Below, one piece after another: positions 40,183 through 53,741 of a stretch of 64,000 nucleotides of DNA; positions within the stretch are counted from its first letter, which is position 1; every line of letters begins with the position of its first letter. Source of the DNA: Octopus vulgaris (Eukaryota); contig OX597834.1 in the NCBI GenBank assembly GCA_951406725.2, forward strand, positions 13,950,001 through 14,014,000, given 5' to 3'. Both the position numbers and the translations under genes were made by a program. The notes beneath the pieces were generated by a model that was given only the letters and a program-made list of their open reading frames with translations, did not search any database and had not been told where the DNA came from.

Positions 40183-41514
40183 CAAGATGTCCATAAAGTC
40201 TCTTTAAAATGTCAAAGAGGTATTACAAAGGCAATCGTTTAGATATGTTTGTCAGATTTATGCTATCTACTCAGTGGTTGTCAGAGTTTTTATCCTCATT
40301 GAATTTGTATGTTTCCCAGGTACCATGTAGAGGGAAAAGTTTCTGTTAAATGGAACCCTAAAAATGTGGTTCTTCCTCAAGAAAAGGCACGATGTGTATC
40401 CTGTTTTACTAGCACAAAATTGGACACGCAAACCAAGCGAAGCCTTAGGATTAAATATGGAATATATCCACAGTCACGTCCGTCAATTTGTGCATATCAC
40501 AAGAAGTGTATAGCAACAAGAGAAGTGTTGGCTGACCAAATTTATCTGAGGAACATATTAAGGAACTTTGTGTGAGACAAGCCTTTGCTAGGTCTCCTAC
40601 AAAGTCTATAAGTGCTGCTGTCAGACACTCACAGCTACCACGTTATACAGTACACAAAGTCCTACAAAAGAACTTGTGATTGTATGCTTACAAGGTGAAA
40701 TTTTTACAGGTACTCCAACGAAATTTGAAACTAAGACGAAATGAGTTTGCAGTTATCATGTTGAAACTTACGTCTGAGGATGCAGCATTCCTCACCCGAG
40801 ATTGTTTAAACGATGAGGCAACCTCTCATGTTTCAGGGAAACTGAACACCCGTAATGTGAGGATTTGGGGATCAGAACACCCCCATGTCTCTATGGAATT
40901 TCACAGAGATAGAACAAAGGTAACTGTCTGGTGTAGGATCGAATCATTGCTGCAGTCGAATAATGGGTCCATATTTCTTCACGGAGAGTTCAATTTCTAC
41001 AAATATTTACTTTTACGTTTTGACCGAATAAGTGGCACCACAAGTGGATAACGTTCAATCTACCATCATTTTCCATCAAGATGGTGCACCACCATATTGG
41101 GGACTGCATGTTAGTGGGTTACTAAATTAAACATTTCCTGACCGGTGGATTCGAAGGGATGGCCCAATTCCCTGGCCACCCTGTTCACCTGATATCACTC
41201 CAAGAGCTTTTATTCTATGGGGTTATGATAAAGACATCGTGTATCGAACAAATGTACGGGAACTCAAGTACCTGGATCACTGATGCATTGCTACTATTGA
41301 TAAGGCCATTCTACACCAAATATGGCATGAAACTGATTATCGTTTTGGTGTGCTTCGAACACCTCACTGTGCTCATATAGACATGTATTAAATGAGGCAA
41401 AAAAAAAACCTTCAATGTCTCCTCCTCGTTTTGTAATAATTTGCACAGATTTATCTATTCATTTGCTTTTATAATAAATTATTGAAATTATATAGAGGCT
41501 ATATGGACACTCTA
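40183..41514 (+). mobile_element. Near full-length decayed Tc1/mariner element, DD41D (rosa-like) type
   Basis: TA-flanked TIRs caagatgtccataaagtctc / gaggctatatggacactcta; N-terminal PQEKARCVSCF..SRPSICAYHKK (DUF4817-like HTH); DEATSHVSGKLNTRNVRIWGSEHP; QDGAPPYW...WPPCSPDITPRAF with 41 residues between D2 and the D3 position (mutated to A); stops and frameshifts. Confidence 0.85.
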
Positions 41515-42325
41515 TATATCGATTACATCAGACACCATTGCTCCACACCGAAAGTTTGGAGGACATGGTTGAGCTCGGCTGAATTTTATATCCGAAAGTA
41601 GACTCAGACGAAATACAGCTATGCAATTAGTCTGACACTACAAAGATTCTGCCAGCTCGCTGACTTCCGTATCTCATTAACAAGTTTCAATTAACATAAT
41701 TACCATCAGGTTTTATAAGCAACATGTGTTTTTTTCTCATCCTCGTCTATTCTTTCATTGCTCATTGTTGCATTTTCGGTTCACAATTTCTCCATTCAGA
41801 TTTTTTGCTTTAAACTTAAATATATTTCATTTATTCTGTGTGTGATGATTCGAACTGAGCAACATTTTCACACACATTTTGCTGTTTCGAATAGCACTAC
41901 TGAAGATAAAAGCACAATCTAAACTATATTTCGTTGTGAAATTTCATTTACTTTCATTTTATATCCTGCTCCAAATTCAGCAATTTATAATGTTTTTATT
42001 AAAGAGATTTCGTCTTATCTGTGTCCCTACAGTTTTCTTTATCAACTTTCTTTTGAAACAGCCAGCGCTAAGGAATGTGCGTTTTTTCCTAATCTGACTT
42101 ATAGTTTTTGACGTTTTTTTATTGATATTATTCTCTTATCTCTTCTCGTTCTAGAAGCAACTTATGTAAGCCATCCTTCATATTTACCCTGCTTTTGTCT
42201 AATTCTTCATCACACTTCTGTCTTTCGTTTGTAATTACTTGATATATGCATATATATCGATCTATATATATATACATACATATATATGTATGTGTGTGTG
42301 CATGCGTGTGTATGTGCATGTATGC

Positions 42326-42432
<107 letters not shown>

Positions 42433-43137
42433 ATGCATGTATTTATATATTATAATAGAGAAAAAGAAAAACGGAAATGAAGGCAGGATGCGTATCTCAA
42501 TTCATTTATGCACACACACACGTATATGTATGTGTATATATATATGTGTGTGTGTGTGTGTATATATATATGTGTATATATATATATATATATATACACA
42601 TATATATGTGTATGTGTGTGTGTGTGTATGTGTATACAGTTATAGGTGTGTATGCTTGTGCAAATGTTTGAGAATAGATTTTTCTTTTTGGGCTTTCGTG
42701 AATGACTGTGTTGGAACAATGCTAGAATATAGCAAAAACACTCGAAAATAAATATAGGTTATCCAAAATATATACGCAATTTAATATCCGTGCGTTTTTC
42801 TCGGAACAGATATTTATTTTCCAGATAATCTCAAGTGTGGAATATAACTTATGATAGATAATGGTAAGTAATAAGTGTAATATACCGTGTATTAAAACGG
42901 TAGAATCGGAAGATATAAGCAGAGCAGAAATATCACTAAATATTTTATCATATTTCATGTAATACATTCTGTAATCCTCGAAATTAATTATGAAAATGTT
43001 ATTGAAATCTAGCAGAGATTAACGTGTTGTTATATTAATAAAAAATAATGAAATTTTCATAAACATATAGAATGAATTATCGAGTTACATGTGTTTGCAG
43101 AACACTCAATGAAAATGAAAATTTATTTATATATAAT

Positions 43138-44297
43138 GGGTGCAAGTGTAGCTGTGTGGTAAGAAGCTTGTTTCCCAACCACATGCTTCTAGGTTCGGTC
43201 CCACTGCATGGTACCTTGAGCAAGTGTCTTCTACGATAGTCTCAGGCCGAACAAAGCCTTGTGAGTGGATTTGGTAGCCGGAAACTGAAAGAAACCCGTC
43301 GTTTGTTTTAGCCACTACACACATTGTTTTCTCTCCTTGCTTTTTTCTGTGTACCTTTCTGTAGAAGAGCGTATTCTCGAAACGTAAAAGACTTCTATTC
43401 CTGAGCGTTATACTAATACATCTGTTTGTTTTGTACACCACCTGTCTTCGTCTTCTGTTTTTTTCGTAAGCTCTCCCTATATATATATATATATATTACC
43501 TTACTGTCTCTCCCTCTCTCTCTCTCACTCTTTCTGGTTTCCTCACAACCATTCCCTTTTTTCTCTCCCTTTCTCTTGCTCCTTCGCCATTCTCAAAAAT
43601 AGCGTTCGTAACACCTTATCTCGTTCGGCTTAACAGACCTTCTTGTCTTGTTATTCTCCTTGTCCTGTCTTTTACTGTTTATATTTTGTACTGTCATTAC
43701 TGTCCTGTTTTTGTTACCATTCTTACCTCTCCGCAAAAAGATCTCAAATTTTATTTAATTTGCTTTTCGCGGGAAGGAAAGTTTCTATCGAAGATGCGTA
43801 TCGCCTTCACCTTCGAAACGCAGAGTAGATGAAACCATGGCGACTGAAGAAGGGAATTTTCCTTGTGGTATTTGTCTTGTACTCTATTTTTTTGTTGTTT
43901 AAGAAAAATGTCCAGTTCCTTGGTTTTGTGTTTATGTTTTCGTTTCTCATTGTGTTCGACGTTTTTTTTTGTGTCCTGTACCCATATATGCATGTATATA
44001 TACATGTAAAGGTAGGTATGTACATATATGTATATATGCATATGTTTCATTTATTAATTTATATATATATATATATATGTATGTGTATGTGTGTGTGTCT
44101 GTGTGTCTATTCGTTCCCCTACCATCTTGACAACCGATGTTGTTATGCTTACATCCCCGTAAATCAGCGGTTCGGCCAAAGAACGATAAAATAAGTACTA
44201 GGCTTACAAAGAGTAAGTCCTGGGGTCGATTTGTTCGACTAAATACCGTGCTGTAGCATGGCCACAGAGTAATAGCTGAGACAATAAAAGAATAAAA
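43138..44297 (+). mobile_element. SINE family A split by two PLE-like inserts (43310-43480 and ~43610-43995)
   Basis: 5' half 43138-43302, 3' half ~44110-44297; the first insert has the HHR-like motif cttt-CTGTAGA-A-gagc gtat tctc-GAAA-CG-TA-aaag (43355-43390). Confidence 0.75.
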
Positions 44298-44697
44298 GGA
44301 ATATTTTCATATACAGTATTTAATAATATATCTGCTTATGATGAAATCCTAAGTAGACATACTCCAGACAGAGTAGATGCATCACAGTGTTTAGATATTT
44401 GCCATTGATTCTACACTGTCTTGCCACACGTCTCTACATCTAAGCGGACATTACTCTTAACTCTTTCTCTTTCCTTTTTACTTTTTTTTTAGTATCCACC
44501 TGTTCACTCACTTTATTTTCTCTGTGATTTCTCTGTGTTTTATCGCCTCATTTGTATCTTGCATAGACGGTGCTCTGAGGAATAACTGACGACGCCATCC
44601 GTGCTACTGAAATCCGGCTAGAAAATAGCTCCAGTGTATGAAACTATTAGTAGTTCATAACTCTATATTGTGTACAATAAGCATATATATATGTATG

Positions 44698-44799
<102 letters not shown>

Positions 44800-44847
44800 T
44801 ATGCTTATTGTAGCGTTTATATATATATATATATATATGCTTATATA

Positions 44848-44963
44848 TAGAAGAGCGTAGGCTCGAAACGTAAAAGATTTTTTCTATTCCTGAGCGTTAT
44901 ACTAATACATCTGTTTGTTTTGTACACCACCTGTATTCGTCTTTTGTTTTTCTCTTAAACTCT

Positions 44964-44968
<5 letters not shown>
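44848..44968 (+). mobile_element. 5'-truncated copy of the 26270/43310 PLE-like repeat, between (TA)n tracts
   Basis: tagaagagcgtaggctcgaaacgtaaaaga...ctctccctatata. Confidence 0.8.
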
Positions 44969-45014
<46 letters not shown>

Positions 45015-46092
45015 GTGCATATATATATATATATGTGTGTGTATATATATACACACATTTGTGTATGTGTGTGTGTGTGTGTAAAATTATGTTTGCATGT
45101 ATATATGTTTCCAATATAATATATGTTGCTATTTCTTGCATTATGTTATTATTTTATTATGTAAATTTTACAATATATACGATAGCAGTTCTGAAACATT
45201 ATCACTAGATAAATCAGAAAAGCAGAGAAAATACATCGATAGCAAACGTGGACACAATATTGTCGTTACTGATCGTTATCACAGTCTGTATCAAGTCGTA
45301 GATCAGAGAGATCAATAAGTATGATTAATATAATTTTGTTAATGATTATCTTTGTTGATTGTTATTGTTTTAGTTTCTCTGGCAGCGTCGTGTTAGTAAA
45401 AGTTTTATGATTTTAGAATTGACGAAGGTCAAATTTCTATTGTTCCTGGCTGCGTAGGAAGAGATGGCAATCATATTCACGTGAGTAAGTGTTATGATTG
45501 TAGAGGGATATAAGCTAAATAAATCATGAAACGTATTTTTTAACAATTATACGTATGATGTGTGAATGCTCATGGCTTAGTGGTTAGAGACATCGTATGC
45601 TGATCGTAATATTGCAGGTTCGATTTCTGGAGCGGACGATGCGTTGTATTCCTGAGCAAAACACTTCAGTATACGTTCCTTCAGTCAACCCTTTTAGTAA
45701 AATGGAGTAATCTCTGTGACGGTCCAGAGAGGCGCGTATACGCTCAGGGAAAGCAGGAAACCGTCCTAAACTCCTCACGGTAAAATATGGTTTAACCATC
45801 CGTACAACATATATGTCCACGCACAGACGCACTCGACTTAATCCATTTGTCTCTCCTTGCTTGTCCCCTCTATGTTTTACCCCTTGTGGGCAGTAAATAA
45901 ATAGGTATTTCGTCTACCGCTATGTTCTGGGTCGACTTTGCCTTTCATCTTTCGGGAGTCGATAATTTGAAAAACATTTGCGTACTGGGGTCGATCTCAT
46001 CGACTGGCCGCCTCCCAAAAATTTCGGACCTTGTGCCTAGAGTAAAAAAGAATGTTACTCTTCAACTCCATCTCGCTCTCTTCACTATAATT

Positions 46093-46331
46093 AAGGTTTA
46101 TATCAAGGTTATATCAAAGTTTATATCAGGCTTATATCAAGCTTTATATCAAGGTTTATATCAAGTTTATATCAAGGTTTATATCAAGCTTTATATCAAG
46201 GTTTATATCAAGCTTATATCAAGGTTTATATCAAGGTTATATCAAGGTTTATATCAAGCTTATATCAAGCTTTATATCAAGATTTATATCAAGCTTATAT
46301 CGAGGTTTATATCAAGCTTATATCAAGGTTC
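46093..46331. repeat. 12-13-bp minisatellite (TTTATATCAAGG/C), about 18 units
   Basis: Direct reading. Confidence 0.9.
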
Positions 46332-46991
46332 ATTTTTATTCATTATATAACATGTTTCTCAACATGTTTATTAGCTGAAATTTTACACAGATTAGGTGTT
46401 ATTATCGTACGCTGTTTCTCTCCAGATTTCCTAACATCCTCTTTTCATATACTCTTTTATTTATGAAATTATTCTTACACTCATTCATACATCTATTCAT
46501 TTTTCTTGTTTATCCTTTCTTTTACGCGCTCAATTAATTTTCCTACTTACAAATTAATTAATTAACGGATTAATCTAACTCTAATTTAACAATTAACTGA
46601 AGTTCTATGCTCTTCTTATGACCCCCACATAGCTCTGAAATCCGTCTCCACTTCATTCGCTCTTACACACTTTTACAACTATCAAATAGGCTGATAATTA
46701 AACTGATCATTAAGTTAATTAAATGGCGACATCACCTAGTTATTAAGCTCATTTCTCCGTCGGCCATGTGCTCCACTCCGTCACACAGTTCTACATTTCA
46801 GGGCATATCAAAGACTGGGAGACTGTCTCGCTCAGACAACCACATTTCTCTATTCCTTTTATATGAATCACGTATTAATACGCTCCTTTCTATAATCTCG
46901 TCCCAACTTCTTCTTACTCTGTCAGTCAAAAGCGGTTCTATCTACATATTGACTGACGTAATACAACAAAACAAATCTTCGAAGAATAAGC

Positions 46992-47024
<33 letters not shown>

Positions 47025-47027
<3 letters not shown>

Positions 47028-47199
47028 CGGAGATGTACTCGTAGAGCAAGTGATTTGATCTGAGATCGCGTGCTGAAACAATTGCAGCGTGGAAGGTGTT
47101 TGTAAGCCATTTAAGAAACACACAAAAGCCGTTTGATTCACTTCAGCATTTAAGTTTAAACTTTTGTGGCTTACAAACACCTTCCACGCTGCAATTGTT
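47025..47199 (-). mobile_element. Truncated copy of the 39031 PLE-like repeat with terminal fold-back
   Basis: Reverse-complement match to ~39095-39236; perfect ~33-bp inverted repeat 47077-47109/47167-47199; (TA)n on both sides. Confidence 0.85.
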
Positions 47200-47797
47200 A
47201 TATATATATATTCTTTTTTTCTTTTGTTTGTTTCAGTCTCCGATTTTAGTCGAGCAAATCGACCCCAGTACTTATTCTTTGTAAGCCTGGTACTTATTAT
47301 ATCGGGTCCTTTTGCCGAAACACTAAGTTACGGGGACGTAAACACACCAGTACCGGTTGTCAAATAGTAATAGCCCTTAATACAATGTATTTATGTTTAA
47401 AGGAAAAATTATATATTTGCATGTATATATATATATAAATATATACATAAGTGTGTGTGTATCTGTGTGTGGGGATTGTTATGTTGATCCATCTTCAAAG
47501 ATGATTATCCTATCTTCCTTGATCTTTCTTTTTCGCATTTACATTTCTGACTTTCCATCCATGGCATTACAGATGACCAGTCACTCCCTTTGTTAATCTG
47601 TATAGTTTGAAGCATTGGTTTCAGACAAAAGTTATAGATTTCTGCACGCTTTCTACTGGCTAGTCTTTCACGCGTCAGCACTTCTGTTGCTATAGGAATT
47701 TTATTACATGTTTATATCTCGTTCAGAGATTTATTATTGTTTTCAGACAGTTTTTCTACATCAGTGACAGTAGTTACTGTGAAAAACCTTATCTATG

Positions 47798-47926
47798 TTG
47801 CCTGTAGAGGGAATCCTTCAGCGAAGAGCGGTACTTACCATACGTTGATAAGAGGCAATGACCTCGAAACCGGTCCGTATGTAGTATCCGTATCTTCGAG
47901 GGAGGATGACCTCCCTTTACAGGCAA
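47798..47926 (+). ncRNA. Type I hammerhead (U3-A8) capping a long imperfect stem I
   Basis: catacg-TTGATAA-gagg caatga cctc-GAAA-CCGG-TC-cgtatg (47839-47881); outer helices cgaaga/tcttcg, atccttc/ggaggat, ttgcctgtagaggga/tccctttacaggcaa. Confidence 0.8.
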
Positions 47927-48307
47927 ACAAGGACACTGATATGGTGTCAGTCCTTCTGGTGACGTTGATGATCGCCTGGGGCTAAAAGCATCAGTAACAC
48001 CCCCACCACACCGCCCTGTCCCTAGCCACATTCAGATGGCTGATCCCCCTTACGTTACAATGATAAAGATGTTCACAAGAAAAGAATCATCTGTACGTCA
48101 TTCTGTCTGATTCGTACCTAACCTTTAAACATAATCTGGCTGTGTGGCTCCAGTTCGGAACTGCCAGTGTATTCCGGAGTGTGGAATCACATCTTAGACA
48201 CAATTTGCTCTCGTTTCTATTCTGACACGGAGCATTATCTCCATTCAGGTATAGGTAAACGATCACATATTATGACATTATATGTGATATGACATATTAT
48301 GACAAAG

Positions 48308-48538
48308 TCGGCGAGCTGGCAGAAACGTTAGCACGCCGGGCGAACTGCTTAGGGGTATTGCGTCCGCCGCTGCGTTCTGAGTTCAAATTCCGCCGAGGTC
48401 GACTTTACCTTTCATCCTTTCGGGGTCGATAAATTAAGTACCAGTTGCGCACTGGGGTTGATGGAATCGACTTAATCCGTTTTTCTATCCTTGTTTGTCC
48501 CCTCTGTGTTTAGCCCCTTTTGTGTAGTAAAGAAATAG
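48308..48538 (+). mobile_element. SINE family B with 19-bp TSD
   Basis: gatcacatattatgacatt at 48261-48279 and 48538-48556. Confidence 0.9.
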
Positions 48539-48769
48539 ATCACATATTATGACATTCCATCAGGGAATAAGGAAGTAGCCTCTACATCCGTTGGTGTCAT
48601 GACCCGCAATAAAAACTCCTAGGAATGGAGACCCATATTGGGGTCGACACATTAAGTACCAGTTGCGCACTGCGGTCGATCTGATCGACTGGCCCCACCC
48701 CAAAAATTTGGGGCCGTGTGCCTAGAGTAAAAACGAATACATTAGCTACTTTGCTATCCGATCTTAAAT

Positions 48770-49193
48770 TACTCTCTCTTTACTCTTTTACTCTTATACT
48801 TGTTTCAGTCATTTGACTGCGGCCATGCAGGAGCACCACCTTTACTCGAGCAAATCGACCCCGGGACTTATTCTTTGTAAGCACAGTACTTATCCTAACG
48901 GTCTCTTTTGCCGAACCACTAAGTGACCGGGACGTAAACACACCAGCATCGGTTGCCAAGCAATGCTAGGGGGACAAACACATACACACAAGCACACACA
49001 CACATACATATATATATATATACATATATACGACAGGCTTCTTTTAGTTTCCGTCTACCAAATCCACTCACAAGGCATTGGTCGGCCCGGGGCTATAGCA
49101 GAAGACACTTGCCCAAGATGCCACGCAGTGGGACTGAACCCGGAACCAGGTGGTTGGTTAGCAAGCTACTTACCACACAGCCACTCCTGCGCC
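48770..49193 (-). mobile_element. CORE-type SINE family A, full length
   Basis: Colinear with the 21446 copy. Confidence 0.9.
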
Positions 49194-49740
49194 TATTACG
49201 TAATATTAACTAAAGAAAAACATTGTTCATATTACAAGAATCTTCTTTCTTAATATAGTACAATCTCGTAACCTATTAATATTATACGACGTTATGTAGA
49301 TTTAGTTTAAAATTCCAGTCATTAATAATTCGGTTAAGCTATTTCCGAAAAAAGTTCAAAATTTATTTTTAGATTAAGACTCATAAATAGAAGCAAAATT
49401 TGTAGATGCAAAAATAAATGTATTTAGATATAAGAAAAGAAAGAATTATAAAAAGAAGAAAGAAAATGATGGCGAATGAATGAATCAACATGTCTCATAT
49501 ATAGCATTCATTGCCACAAATTTTGAATAGCTGTATTTGTTATTACAGAAGATTTTGACGAATAACCTGTGCACACACTCGTACACGTAGACACACACAA
49601 GCACACATACAAAGACGCGCGGGCACACACAACAAACACATATATATTTATACACGCATATGAATATATACACTCATGAACACATTTATCCCCCCGCATA
49701 ATTATGTGTCAATATTGAAAAGTGTCGTGGGGCGCGATTG

Positions 49741-49787
<47 letters not shown>

Positions 49788-49853
49788 CTATATATAATAT
49801 ATATATATATATGTTCATTATATACATATATATGTATGTATTATATCTATCCA

Positions 49854-49889
<36 letters not shown>

Positions 49890-50041
49890 GTGTGTGTGTG
49901 TGTGGAGAGAGAAAGAGAGAGATTGATAGATCAATAGATTAGATTAAATAGATAGATAGAAAAATAGATAGCTAGGTAGACGTAAATAGCGAGACACGAA
50001 TACGTACGCTCACTAATAAGTTTGTGTATGTATGTATGTGA

Positions 50042-50089
<48 letters not shown>

Positions 50090-50489
50090 TTATGTATGTA
50101 TGTATGTATGTATGCATGTATGTATGTATGCATGTATGTATGTATGTATGTATGTATGTATGTATGTATGCATGTGCGTATATTCATATATATCTTTATT
50201 AAAGAAGAGTGTGTGAAATTTAGGTAATTACTTATCTGACAACCTAAGAAACCTTCAAGTTACTCTAAATCCCTCAAGTCCTGCCATGTAGTATCACTCA
50301 TTTTGATATTGTGTATCATCAGGATGTCTCGAGATAATGAAGGGCGAAGGTCATTAATGTTCAATATACTTGTCAGACTTCCAGACTCAAATTACATTTG
50401 CGAACAAGTTTATTTTGGTCATTTACCTCCAACACCCACCTCTCCTTGCTGCTCTCTTTCTCACTCTCTTATTCAGTCATTCACTTATG

Positions 50490-50520
<31 letters not shown>

Positions 50521-51666
50521 CTGTCTGTCTATCACTCTTCCTTATTCTCTCGTCCTTTCTCCGTCTCTCTCCTGATACCATTGACAACGCAACGACAAAA
50601 GATAAGTCCATATTTAGTCTGTTGATTTCCTGTCTCTTTTAGGCAGCTGATTACGAATGAGATTTTATATCTAGAATAGAGAATTTGAAGTGCAGTTCGT
50701 CCGTGTTAAACAAGCTATTCATGAAAGCATTCTCTGTTCAAAAATTTTTATTAAAACTAAATTACCTAACACAAACACTAAATCAACCATATTATAATAG
50801 CTACACAGTAGTAGATTGCCTATATTAGATATTGGATTTAGAATACAAAGAACATTAACTATTAAGGGTTCCTTATACAGGTTCAAGTTGTAACAATTTT
50901 AGGAACGCACCGTATCGGATCGATTGTATTTTGTATGAAGAGCGAAGATATTACCTTCCGTCTTAGGGGTTTACAGTATTAAGACCAATAGAAGTGGTAA
51001 GTTAGTTAGAAAATTACTATTTTTAAATCTCACAATGAGAGATATTCAGCAACAGTACTTTGGAGTAAAGATTTTCGCCAACACAACATGGCAGTCCTTT
51101 ACTGCATCAGAATACGTTAGTATTATGCACCGAATTATACGCTTAATATATAATACTTTATTTGTATTGTAGTAGGAGGTTTGCAGTGTCAGGAATCTAA
51201 TTCTGTTAATTCAGGTATTTGTGACTAATACTGGAGAAGAATGCAGTTTGAATTTAAGTATTTGGCGCAAATAATTGAAGAATATACTTCACGAAATTTA
51301 TCTAATATGTCAGCTATTGTTGTCAAACGGAATAATCGATTAACCTCACAGGGAATAGTTGAATTTGAAATGGAAACATTAAAAGGATGAAGTAATGCAA
51401 GGAATCTGATTTTTTTGTTGTTGTTCTTGATACTTCTCTGCTGCAGCGAGATGGCACATATCTTATTGACCCAAGGAAGATGAAATCGAAATATGAACAG
51501 AACGTGATAAGAACTCGGACACTTGCAATAAATAAAAAAAAAACGAATGCCATTTAATATGACGCCCTATCCACTACGCAAATTGGCCATTTTTAATCAA
51601 TTCAATCGAAATCAAATCAATATATATATGTGTGTGTGTGTATGTATGTATGTATCTATCTATCTA

Positions 51667-51717
<51 letters not shown>

Positions 51718-51719
51718 CT

Positions 51720-52110
51720 TTTATCTTTTATCATTTACTTGTTTCGGTCAGTAGCCTGCGGTCATGCTGGGGCACCGCCTGGATAATTTAGACGAATAAT
51801 TCCACCCAGTCCTTTTCTTTTAAGCTTGGCACTTACTTTATCGGTGTGTTTTGGCGAATCGCTAAGTTACTGGGATACAGTCATGCCAAAATCGGTTGTC
51901 AAATGGGTTAGGACGGGGGACAGAAAGACACACAGGCACAAATATGCATGCATGTATACATCTGGCTTCTTTAACTTCTGATCAACCAAATTCACTCTCA
52001 AGGCTTTGGTCGTCCCGAGGCTATAGTAGAAGACACCTGCCTAAGTTTCCAGTAGTGAGACTGAAGCTAGAAATTTGTATCTGCCAAGTAAGCTTCTTAA
52101 CACACATCCA
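51720..52110 (-). mobile_element. SINE family A, diverged
   Basis: tttacttgtttc...ctgcggtcatgctggggcaccgcc...aggctttggtcg...agaagacac. Confidence 0.7.
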
Positions 52111-53296
52111 CGTCTGGACGGTCCTTAAATCAAGTTAAAGGATTTTGCTGTGTCTAGGGACATACATTACGCCAGTATATATAACTCACGCACTGGGTCA
52201 ATTCCACTCCTTTATTATTAGTCAACTGATTAGATATTTATACAACTAATTGATTTTTTGCTTAAGTTGTTGGCTAAACAATCAGTAGTTTTTTCGTCAA
52301 GCACTTTGGTTGCTATTTGCACCGTTTTCAGTGACATAAAGAGAAATGAAGTAAAATCGGCTCATAAAAGAATATCGTTCTTTTAATTCTTTCAGATCGT
52401 AATCTCTGTCGACGCTTGAACATCACTTCTATTATGGACACTCATCAGAAAGTGTCCTAATACGCTCTCACTTTTACATATATTGTAAGGAAATGATATT
52501 GCGAACGGAGAAGAGAGAGACATCTAGGTATTCATATAAATATTATTATCAAAAGACTGGAACAAACATCTACACAACTATCTATACCTACTTAGTGGTA
52601 AAAGCCCTTTCTTAAATCTCTAGTATTCTATGGAGATTATTCCTATACATAATTATAAGAAAGAGACCCGCGATGTTAAAAAAAATGGAGTTTATTGAGT
52701 TTACATTTATTATATTACAACAAACGCTATTCTCTGTTGTAGGTAGATCTTTTTGTTGTATTGGGACTATATCATAATGGAATTAGTTTACCGTAATGCA
52801 CTGCCAAAATAAGCTTCCAGGCATGTACCATAATTAGATATGAAACAAAAGATATATACTGACAATGCTAATATAAATTCTGCTAGTCTAGTAATATAAT
52901 ACAAATGTATGCATACAAATTAGTATAAAATTCTCCGTATTCGCATTAAAATAAAGAAGAAGAAAATTACACGCAGACATCTCGAAAATCTGAAATGGCC
53001 TACTTGAATATCGTGTGCTGAACCTATAAGTCATTCACCTCTCTGGGAGAAATACTTGCTCTATTTTCTTCTAAAATCAGTGGTCTTTTAGAATGTGAAG
53101 TAGTCTCTTTCAGTGCAAAGAGAACGACAACCTGGTGTATCAAAACTGATACAAGGAAGGTCAGATCGCTTCTAGCCTTTGACATCTGACTTCAAAATAG
53201 ATAGCCTTTTGTACACCAAATCAAACAAGCCCTGCAGGAAAAGTAATCCGAGGAAGTCCAATGGAGCAAAGGAAACTTTATAACATTATAATGCTT

Positions 53297-53520
53297 AGCT
53301 GGCAGAATGATAAACACGCCAGGCGAAATGCTTAGCGTTATTTCGTCTGCCTCAACGTTCTGAGTTCAAATTCCGCCGAGGTCGACATTGCCATTCATCC
53401 TTTCGGGGGTCGATAAATTCAGTACCAGTTACGCATTGGAGTCGATGCAATCGGCTTAATCCCTTTGTCTGTCCTTGTTTGTGCCCTCTATGTTTAGACC
53501 TCTGTGAGCAATAAAGAAAT
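53297..53520 (+). mobile_element. SINE family B
   Basis: agctggcagaatg...gagttcaaattccgccgaggtcgac...aaagaaat. Confidence 0.85.
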
Positions 53521-53741
53521 CAAAATGCGTATTATAAATTTGGGACAATTTGAAATCATCGTCATTATCATCATCATTTTCTTTCTTCCCCTTCTTCTTC
53601 TTCTTCTTCTTCTTCTTCTTCTTCTTCTTCTTCTTCTTCTTCTTCTTCTTCTTCTCCTTCTTCTTCTTCTTCTTCTTCTTCTTCTCCTTCTTCTTCTTCT
53701 TCTTCTTCTTCTTCTTCTTCTTCTTCTTCTTCTCCTTTTTT

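Noticed and set aside
43777-43835. GAAAC..GUA with stem-I-like pairing (similar at ~35075 and ~13810)
   Set aside because: No CUGANGA-equivalent strand in the right position.
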